From a virus (taxonomy: Duplodnaviria > Caudoviricetes), in IMG/VR virus record IMGVR_UViG_3300047282_000451, positions 1-36,250 of that record: 36,250 bases of DNA; one strand, written 5' to 3'. Numbering within the stretch: position 1 is the stretch's first letter; every line of letters begins with the position of its first letter. Positions 29,164-36,250 of the stretch are shown in pieces. Both the position numbers and the translations under genes were made by a program. Under the pieces are notes generated by a model. The model did no database searches, was not told the origin of the DNA, and saw nothing but the letters and a program-made list of their open reading frames with translations.

Positions 29164-30747
29164 ATGGCACAGTGGAATAAGAATACTCAAGATTATTTAA
29201 ATCAAGAACGAACACTTCATGAGGTTTATCTCCGTGCTGATGAGTATGGAAATATTCTAAATGAGGGTGCTTGTTCCAAATCCGCATTTGGAGAAAGTCT
29301 TGCCATTCCTTTAACGCCAAAAGTTCAAGGTGACGCAGTTTATGGATTAAATCCAAGAGAATTTGAAACATATACATTTAGTACAACAGGAATTGCTACA
29401 CATAGTGGTTCGAGATTTGTTGTAGGTGCTGGTTCAAGTGCAAACTCCTACGGTGTTATTAGAAGTACTAACTTTCTCAGGTATCGTCCAGGTCAAGGTG
29501 CAGTTGCTAGATTTACAGCATCATTTTCTAACAATCCAGTAGGGTTCACCCAAAGAGCAGGATTGTTTAATCAAGAAAATGCAATTCAAATTGGATATGC
29601 ACATACAAACGGAAAGTTTGGTGTTCTTCGTGCTAATGGCGGCAAGGCACACATTCATGGATTTGACTTCACTACCTTATCGGATGGATCTGTAACTGTT
29701 ACTCTAAACGGTACAACATTTACTGCAGTAACTTTAAATTCAGGAACACTTGCTGGTAATTTATCTCAACTGACGCAAGGATTAAGAGGACAGGCACTTT
29801 TTGAAGCATTATACCTTGTAGAATATGATCAGAGTAGATTAAGATTTTTAGCAACATCTCTTGGAAATCAGACTGGAACATTTAATATTACAAGCACTAC
29901 TACTGCTACATTTACAAACTCCCATCTTCAACAAGGAGCAACACAAACAGAAAAATGGACATTTCAAGAAGACTTTAATCTTGATAAACTTGACGGAACT
30001 GGTACATCTGGAGTTACCATAGATCCATCAAAATTAAATGTATATCAAATTAATTTCCGCTGGTTGGGTGTTGGTGAAATTAGATATGCTATGGAGAATC
30101 CTCATAATGGTGATATGTTCTTTTTCCATCACGAACATTACTCAAACAGAAACGAAACTCCACACCTAGACAATCCATCAATGAAGGTTGGATATGTAGC
30201 AGCAAATTTGAATAATGGTGTTGGAATTGTTACTTGTAGAGGTGCATCTTTTCTTGGTGCTATTGAAGGAGTAGTTGAAAGAACACGTCTTCCATTTTCA
30301 GTAACTGCAACAAGAACGGATAGTATGAATACTCCAGGTTCTTTATATCATTTAGTGTCACTTAAAAATAAACTGATTTATCAAAATAAAATTAATACCA
30401 GAGACCTTATTATCTCAAGACTTACTGGGTCAGTAAATACTACAGGTAATCCTGCGATTGTTAGTTTATATTATAATCCAACACTTACAAATTATCTTAG
30501 ATGGTTAACGCAAACAGACTTTAATGCATCTTTATATGCAACACAAGATGCTACTGGATTATTTGTATTAGGAGCACAATCAACACCTGCTATTGCATCT
30601 TTCCATGTATCCAATGGAGATACAATTGATGTTAATTTAATTGATATGGGTATTCATATTCCACCAAATAGTTTCATAACCGCAATAATTACTTCTACCA
30701 GTAATATTACCGCTGCTAGTGCTTCATTTGTTTATGTAGAGGATTAA
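29164..30747 (+). CDS. 527-aa beta-rich hypothetical protein, probably virion-associated
   Basis: Long ORF filling the gap. The motifs SAFGE, RYRPGQG, DKLDGTG-x-SG and F-x-WLGVG are seen in a widespread phage family of unknown function. Confidence 0.75.
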   Translation: MAQWNKNTQDYLNQERTLHEVYLRADEYGNILNEGACSKSAFGESLAIPLTPKVQGDAVYGLNPREFETYTFSTTGIATHSGSRFVVGAGSSANSYGVIRSTNFLRYRPGQGAVARFTASFSNNPVGFTQRAGLFNQENAIQIGYAHTNGKFGVLRANGGKAHIHGFDFTTLSDGSVTVTLNGTTFTAVTLNSGTLAGNLSQLTQGLRGQALFEALYLVEYDQSRLRFLATSLGNQTGTFNITSTTTATFTNSHLQQGATQTEKWTFQEDFNLDKLDGTGTSGVTIDPSKLNVYQINFRWLGVGEIRYAMENPHNGDMFFFHHEHYSNRNETPHLDNPSMKVGYVAANLNNGVGIVTCRGASFLGAIEGVVERTRLPFSVTATRTDSMNTPGSLYHLVSLKNKLIYQNKINTRDLIISRLTGSVNTTGNPAIVSLYYNPTLTNYLRWLTQTDFNASLYATQDATGLFVLGAQSTPAIASFHVSNGDTIDVNLIDMGIHIPPNSFITAIITSTSNITAASASFVYVED

Positions 30748-30752
30748 CTATT

Positions 30753-33392
30753 ATGCCTAATAATGACATCTATCTTGGCAATCCTCTGCTGAAAAGGGCA
30801 AATACCCAAATTGAATTTACTGAAGAGCAAATTATTGAGTTTTTAAAGTGTAAAGAGGATCCTGTATATTTTGCCAGAAACTATATTAAAATTGTGTCTC
30901 TTGATCACGGTCTAGTTCCTTTTGAGATGTACCCATTTCAAGAGAAACTCATTGATAATTTCCATAAGAACAGATTTAACATTTGTAAGATGCCCCGCCA
31001 GACAGGTAAAGCATTATCTTTAGATACTCCCATTCCAACTCCATTTGGTTGGACAACAATGGGGGATTTGAAAGTTGGCGATATCATTCTTTCCCCATCC
31101 GGAGATTCCGTTTCAGTAACTATGAAAACTGAAACAATGTATAACCACGATTGTTATAAAATATTTTTTGATAATGGTGAGGAAATAGTTGCTGATGCTG
31201 AACACTTATGGGAAGTTGATAGTTCTTATTGGAGGACTGGGAAAAAAACTATAACATCCGAAGAAATTTATAACATATATCAAACAAAGACAAATAATAA
31301 AAGAGGAAAGGGAGTTAATGGATCTTTCTTTATTCACAAATCAAATCCAATTAGGTTTATAAAAAATGATTTAAAAATTGATCCATATCTTCTTGGCGTT
31401 TGGTTAGGTGATGGGTTTTCTTCGGATGGAAGAATTATATCTCACAAAAATGATTTTAATTATTATAAAACAAAAATAGATGTAGAACATGAAAGATATA
31501 GTAATAATTGCATTAGATTTAAAGTTAGAGAATTATATTCACAGTTAAAATCATATAACTTATTAAAAAATAAACATATCCCTGTAGATTATTTGAGATC
31601 TTCGATTGAAGATAGAATGGAACTTCTTCGTGGTCTAATGGATACTGATGGATCTGTAAAGAAAGGTACAAGATCATATGAATTTTATCAAAAAAATTAT
31701 GAGTTTGTATTGCAGTTTATAGAATTATTGTCAAGTTTGGGGATAAAGAGCAATATAAGATACAAAAAAATAAAAGACAATTATTATCATACAGTATCAT
31801 TTACAACAAAAGAGCGAGTTTTTAATCTCCCTAGAAAGATATCTATTTGCGATTCGCAAAAATCCAGTAGACCGCAGGAAGATAGACACTATATCCACAG
31901 AATAGAAAAATTTAATAGTGTTCCTGTTGCATGTATTCAGGTAGATAGTGATGATCATTTATTTTTGTGTGGTAAAACTTTTATACCAACACACAACTCC
32001 ACTACCTGCGTATCTTACCTGCTCCACTATGCCGTATTTAATGATAACGTTAATATAGCTATTCTAGCAAACAAAGCATCTACGGCAAGAGATCTCTTAG
32101 GAAGACTACAACTTGCTTATGAGAATCTACCCAAATGGATGCAGCAGGGTATTATATCATGGAACAAGGGATCACTAGAATTAGAAAATGGATCCAAGAT
32201 TTCATCTAACTCTACTTCGTCATCTGCTGTCCGAGGCGGATCCTATAATGTCATCTTTCTTGACGAGTTCGCGTTCATCCCGAATCACATTGCTGATGAC
32301 TTCTTTGCCTCTGTTTATCCTACCATTTCTTCCGGACAAAGCACAAAGGTCATTATAGTTTCAACGCCACGGGGTATGAATCACTTCTACCGTATGTGGC
32401 ATGATGCTGAACGTGGTAAGAACGAATATATACCAACTGATGTCCATTGGTCGGAAGTGCCTGGTAGAGACGCTGCTTGGAAAGAGCAGACGATTGCTAA
32501 TACTTCATTACAGCAGTTTAATGTCGAATTTAACTGCGAATTTTTAGGTTCTACAAATACATTAATTAATCCTTCAAAACTTCGTAATCTTGTATACCAA
32601 GATCCAATTAAACGAAATGCTGGATTGGACATATACGAAAATCCAAAAGAAGAAAATAACTATTTGATAACGGTAGACGTTGCTCGCGGATTGGGTAATG
32701 ATTATTCCGCATTTATTGTATTTGATATAACGAATTTTCCATATAAAGTTGTAGCAAAATACAAAGATAATGAAATTAAACCAATGCTATTTCCAAGTGT
32801 TATTTACGAAGTTGCTAAAGGTTATAATGATGCTTGGTTATTGGTAGAAGTTAATGACATTGGGGATCAAGTGGCAAATATTCTACACTTTGATCTTGAA
32901 TATGACAATATACTTATGTGTGCTATGAGAGGTCGTGCAGGTCAGATCGTAGGATCTGGATTTAGTGGAAAAAAATCTCAACTAGGTGTAAGAACAACTG
33001 CTGCTGTCAAAAAGTTAGGTTGTTCCAACTTAAAGACTTTATTAGAAGATGATAAATTATTGACTGTAGATTATGATATTATTTCAGAATTAACAACATT
33101 TTCTCAAAGACATAATTCCTTTGAAGCTGAAGAAGGATGTAATGATGATCTAGCAATGTGTTTAGTTATTTTTTCTTGGTTGGTTGCTCAAGATTATTTT
33201 AAGGAAATGACGGATAATGATGTCCGTAAAAGAATATATGAAGAACAAAAAAATCAAATTGAACAAGATATGTCTCCATTTGGATTTATTCAAACCGGTT
33301 TAGAAGATACTGATAGTTTCGTTGATGATGATGGAGATAGATGGCATTTAGACGAATATGGTGATCGATCGTATATGTGGGATTATCATTAA
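30753..33392 (+). CDS. gp17: Terminase large subunit gp17 (879-aa precursor; ~550 aa after intein removal)
   Basis: Walker A PRQTGK|STT, 'AILANK', Walker B 'IFLDEFAF', 'IIVSTPRG', nuclease 'VDVARG...DYSAF' and 'NDDLAM'. Confidence 0.96.
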   Translation: MPNNDIYLGNPLLKRANTQIEFTEEQIIEFLKCKEDPVYFARNYIKIVSLDHGLVPFEMYPFQEKLIDNFHKNRFNICKMPRQTGKALSLDTPIPTPFGWTTMGDLKVGDIILSPSGDSVSVTMKTETMYNHDCYKIFFDNGEEIVADAEHLWEVDSSYWRTGKKTITSEEIYNIYQTKTNNKRGKGVNGSFFIHKSNPIRFIKNDLKIDPYLLGVWLGDGFSSDGRIISHKNDFNYYKTKIDVEHERYSNNCIRFKVRELYSQLKSYNLLKNKHIPVDYLRSSIEDRMELLRGLMDTDGSVKKGTRSYEFYQKNYEFVLQFIELLSSLGIKSNIRYKKIKDNYYHTVSFTTKERVFNLPRKISICDSQKSSRPQEDRHYIHRIEKFNSVPVACIQVDSDDHLFLCGKTFIPTHNSTTCVSYLLHYAVFNDNVNIAILANKASTARDLLGRLQLAYENLPKWMQQGIISWNKGSLELENGSKISSNSTSSSAVRGGSYNVIFLDEFAFIPNHIADDFFASVYPTISSGQSTKVIIVSTPRGMNHFYRMWHDAERGKNEYIPTDVHWSEVPGRDAAWKEQTIANTSLQQFNVEFNCEFLGSTNTLINPSKLRNLVYQDPIKRNAGLDIYENPKEENNYLITVDVARGLGNDYSAFIVFDITNFPYKVVAKYKDNEIKPMLFPSVIYEVAKGYNDAWLLVEVNDIGDQVANILHFDLEYDNILMCAMRGRAGQIVGSGFSGKKSQLGVRTTAAVKKLGCSNLKTLLEDDKLLTVDYDIISELTTFSQRHNSFEAEEGCNDDLAMCLVIFSWLVAQDYFKEMTDNDVRKRIYEEQKNQIEQDMSPFGFIQTGLEDTDSFVDDDGDRWHLDEYGDRSYMWDYH
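31011..31997 (+). mobile_element. 329-aa intein with LAGLIDADG endonuclease in gp17
   Basis: It starts ALSLDTPIPTP, has block B 'ADAEHLW', LAGLIDADG blocks 'YLLGVWLGDG' and 'LLRGLMDTDG', and block F 'VACIQVD'. It ends IPTHN before the +1 Ser. Removal restores RQTGKSTT. Confidence 0.95.
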
Positions 33393-33631
33393 TGGATTTT
33401 GATGATCAAATAGAATTAGAACACATATTATTTTTTGATAGAAAATGTAGAGTATGTAATAAAGTTAAGAATTTAATTGCGGACTTTTATTTGACTCGTA
33501 AGGGTAGGGCAGTTTTTCCATCTGGATATTCTTATGAATGTAAAGATTGCACAAAATTAAGAATCCTAAGTAAAAGAAAAGATATAAAAGATGGAAAACC
33601 CAACATTCGGTGGGAATATCCTGACTGGTAA
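33392..33631 (+). CDS. 79-aa Zn-finger protein (CxxC...CxxC)
   Basis: TAATG coupling with the gp17 stop; 'RKCRVC...DFY...YSYECKDC'; ends WEYPDW. Such an ORF commonly lies between gp17 and gp18 in cyanomyophages. Confidence 0.8.
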   Translation: MDFDDQIELEHILFFDRKCRVCNKVKNLIADFYLTRKGRAVFPSGYSYECKDCTKLRILSKRKDIKDGKPNIRWEYPDW

Positions 33632-33672
33632 TATTGTTCACGCACCATTTCCCCATTTAAAATAACCTTTTT

Positions 33673-33680
33673 CATAAATA
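33673..33680 (+). promoter_or_regulatory. Late promoter (CATAAATA) for gp18/gp19
   Basis: ATAAATA core in the intergenic region 36 nt before the gp18 ATG; SD GGAG follows. Confidence 0.75.
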
Positions 33681-33716
33681 TTTCTAGAATAATTCTGAAC
33701 TAGACGGAGAATTAAG

Positions 33717-35882
33717 ATGCCGCTAAATTTAGCATCTCCTGGAATTGTAGTAAGAGAAGTTGATTTAACAGTTGGTAGAATTGACCCCACTTCCGATGCT
33801 GTTGGGGCAATCGTAGCACCTTTTGCAAAAGGTCCTGTAGACGTACCTATTTTAGTAGAAAATGAAGCAGATTTGCTTCAAAATTTTGGAGAACCTTATC
33901 CAACAGATAAACACTATGAGCATTGGATGGTTGCTTCATCATATCTTGCTTATGGTGGATCATTGAGAGTTGTAAGATCTAATGATTCAGATCTTAAGAA
34001 TGGATTTGCTGGAGCAGCATCTAGTATCAAAATTAAGAGTCTGGATGATTATAATAATCTTGGATATGATGAAAATACTATTACCGATGTAACAGTAGTA
34101 GCAAGAAATCCTGGATCCTGGTCAAATGGTATAAAAGTTGCTCTAATTGATGCTAAAGCAGACCAAATTCTTGTTGGAATATCAACAAGTGCAAGTCTAC
34201 CAAATATTCAAGTTGGTTATGGAGTAACTCAAGCAATTAGTTCAACTCTTCCAGGAGCAGGAACAACTTCAACATTGGATGGTTATTTGAAGGGTGTCAT
34301 TACACAAATTAATGGCACATCTGCTTATGTAAAAGTTCTTTCTCACGTTTCTGCTGCAGGAACTGAAACTAATGTAGATTATCAACCATCTGGAGTTTAC
34401 GCATTCTCATCTTCTGGTAGTGTTGCAATTCATACCAGTGGACAATCAGTTGCTGCAGGAACAACAACATATACTACACAACAAGATTGGTTTGATCAGC
34501 AAACTATTTCTATTTCAAATAATACATCAATTAGTTGGAATAACATTGCAGACAGACCTTCTACATCGTCATTTGCTGCGGCAAGAAATTCTAGATTTGA
34601 TGAAATTCACATTGTTGTAATTGATGATAAAGGATCAATTAGTGGAAATGCCGGAACAATTTTAGAAAAACATTTAAGTCTTTCTAAAGCAAAAAATGCA
34701 GAATATTCTGTTGGATCACCATCCTACTGGAGAAAGTATCTCGCATCAAATTCACAATATATTTTTGGTGGTTCACAACCAGCAGGTATTGTAACAACTG
34801 GATTTAGTTCTCAGTTCACACTTACATCTAATAGTGGATGGGATCAGAATACAGACTCTGTAATCTTTGGAGCAACTGGAGCAAATACACTAACCTTATC
34901 CGGTGGTAAGAATTATAATGGTGGTACAGATATTACTTCCAGTGGGTCTCTGACTTCAACTATTGGAGATTTATCAACCGGTTATAGTATTTTTGCAAAC
35001 AGTGAAGAATATGAAGTTGATTTTCTTTTAATGGGATCATCAAACTATGCAAAAGAAAGTGCTCAATCTTTGGCAAATAAACTAATTTCAGTTGCCGAAG
35101 AAAGAAAAGATTCTCTTGCATTTATTTCCCCATATAGACTTGCTTTCCTAAATGATTCAACTGTCGGATCAGTAACCGTTAATTCTGCAGCAGATATTAC
35201 AAATAATGTAATTAGTTTTTATGCACCTGTTACATCTTCATCTTATGCAATTTTTGATAGTGGTTATAAGTACATGTATGACAAGTTCTCAGATACATTT
35301 AGATATGTACCTCTGAATGGTGATATTGCTGGTTTATGTGCCAGAAATGATATTAACAACTTCCCATGGTTCTCACCAGCAGGAACAACAAGAGGTGCAA
35401 TTCTCAATGCAGTTAAATTGGCATATAACCCAAGTAAGACTCAAAGAGATAGATTATATTCTAACAGAATCAATTCGGTAATCTTTACACCAGGTTCTGG
35501 TATTGTCCTTTTTGGTGATAAAACAGGTCTTGCCAAATCGTCAGCATTTGATAGAATCAATGTTCGCAGATTGTTCATCTATCTAGAAAATGCAATTTCA
35601 AATGCTGCTAAAGATCAGTTATTTGAATTCAACGATGAAACTACAAGATCAAATTTTGCAAATATTGTTGAACCTTTCTTGCGAGATGTTCAAGCAAAAA
35701 GAGGAATTCAAGACTTTAGAGTCATTTGTGATGAAACAAATAACACTGCAGCGATTATAGATAATAATGAATTTGTTGCAGACATTTTCATTAAACCCGC
35801 TAGATCTATTAACTTTATTGGATTGACTTTTGTTGCCACCAGATCTGGTGTTTCGTTTGAAGAAATTATCGGAACCGTTTAA
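33717..35882 (+). CDS. gp18: Tail sheath protein gp18
   Basis: 'LASPGIVVREVDLT', 'FAKGPV', 'PWFSPAG-x2-RG', 'LFGDKT', 'AFDRINVRRLF', 'FEFNDE-x-TR' and 'IKPARSINFI-x-L-x-FVATRSGV'. Confidence 0.97.
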   Translation: MPLNLASPGIVVREVDLTVGRIDPTSDAVGAIVAPFAKGPVDVPILVENEADLLQNFGEPYPTDKHYEHWMVASSYLAYGGSLRVVRSNDSDLKNGFAGAASSIKIKSLDDYNNLGYDENTITDVTVVARNPGSWSNGIKVALIDAKADQILVGISTSASLPNIQVGYGVTQAISSTLPGAGTTSTLDGYLKGVITQINGTSAYVKVLSHVSAAGTETNVDYQPSGVYAFSSSGSVAIHTSGQSVAAGTTTYTTQQDWFDQQTISISNNTSISWNNIADRPSTSSFAAARNSRFDEIHIVVIDDKGSISGNAGTILEKHLSLSKAKNAEYSVGSPSYWRKYLASNSQYIFGGSQPAGIVTTGFSSQFTLTSNSGWDQNTDSVIFGATGANTLTLSGGKNYNGGTDITSSGSLTSTIGDLSTGYSIFANSEEYEVDFLLMGSSNYAKESAQSLANKLISVAEERKDSLAFISPYRLAFLNDSTVGSVTVNSAADITNNVISFYAPVTSSSYAIFDSGYKYMYDKFSDTFRYVPLNGDIAGLCARNDINNFPWFSPAGTTRGAILNAVKLAYNPSKTQRDRLYSNRINSVIFTPGSGIVLFGDKTGLAKSSAFDRINVRRLFIYLENAISNAAKDQLFEFNDETTRSNFANIVEPFLRDVQAKRGIQDFRVICDETNNTAAIIDNNEFVADIFIKPARSINFIGLTFVATRSGVSFEEIIGTV

Positions 35883-35900
35883 TTTTAGAGGTATCTAACA

Positions 35901-36250
35901 ATGGCATCATTAAGAACAATTTCAGATTTTAAAGCTAGACTAAAAGGTGGTGGAGCAAGACCGAATCTTTTTGAAGTTGAACTAACTTTTCCAACAGCAC
36001 TTGAGGGACTAAAAGGTGGAAAAAGTGATCTTGCAAATTTTCTAGTAAAATCTGCAGCACTTCCAGCATCAAATGTTACTCCAATTGACGTAGCATTTAG
36101 AGGAAGAATCCTTAAAATTGCAGGAGACAGAACATTTGACACTTGGACAATTACTGTTATTAACGATACTGACTTTGCAATCCGCCACGCTTTTGAAGAT
36201 TGGATGAATGCAATTAACAATGTTGAAACTGCACAGGGTTTGACTTCACC
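35901..36250 (+). CDS. gp19: Tail tube protein gp19 (3'-truncated by window edge)
   Basis: Translated by hand: MASLRTISDFKARLKGGGARPNLFEV...AALPASN...FRGRILKIAGDRTFDTWTITVINDTDF-x-IR-x-AFEDW. SD GAGGT is at 35888-35892. It is not in the ORF track. Confidence 0.95.
   Translation, partial: MASLRTISDFKARLKGGGARPNLFEVELTFPTALEGLKGGKSDLANFLVKSAALPASNVTPIDVAFRGRILKIAGDRTFDTWTITVINDTDFAIRHAFEDWMNAINNVETAQGLTS

Noticed and set aside
33683-33704. Small inverted repeat TCTAG...CTAGA in the gp18 leader
   Set aside because: It has only a 5-bp outer stem in AT-rich DNA and no U-tract, too weak to call as a terminator or regulator.
4689-36220. Short minus-strand ORFs and alternative-frame plus-strand ORFs in the track (e.g. 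4689-4919, 21378-21641, 32387-32632, 34420-34620, 35885-36220)
   Set aside because: They lie within long, recognisable plus-strand genes and have no motifs. They are shadow ORFs; 35885-36220 is the antisense of gp19.
1-36250. tRNA, CRISPR array, DGR or alternative genetic code
   Set aside because: Intergenic gaps are under ~120 nt. No cloverleaf, spacer array, reverse transcriptase or long nucleotide repeat was seen, and genes terminate normally at TAA, TAG and TGA.

Overview
AT-rich segment of a T4-like myophage, most likely a cyanophage of the Kyanoviridae type. It covers the late virion-morphogenesis module, with all credible genes on the + strand. The order is: giant gp7-like baseplate wedge protein (open from base 1), gp8, a ~2370-aa DUF4815/VrlC-type virion protein split by a +1 frameshift at ~13593, several small genes (including a 59-aa NblA-like ORF missing from the ORF track), a fibre-like protein, gp13, gp14, a free-standing HNH endonuclease, gp15, gp16, three accessory genes, gp17 with an Ala1 (class 3-type) LAGLIDADG intein in Walker A, a Zn-finger ORF, gp18 and the start of gp19. 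T4-type late promoters (TATAAATA) punctuate the region. The four most notable observations are: (1) the HNH insertion leaves gp15 without an ATG, with ACG at the conserved Met position and short repeats linking the HNH start to the gp15 start; (2) a 610-aa chain of small basic modules separated by prohead-protease-like [ILV]xE sites, next to a protein with a T4 capsid-targeting N-terminus; (3) the NblA-like gene; and (4) the frameshift in the giant virion gene. All family assignments come from motif recognition by eye; no searches were run.
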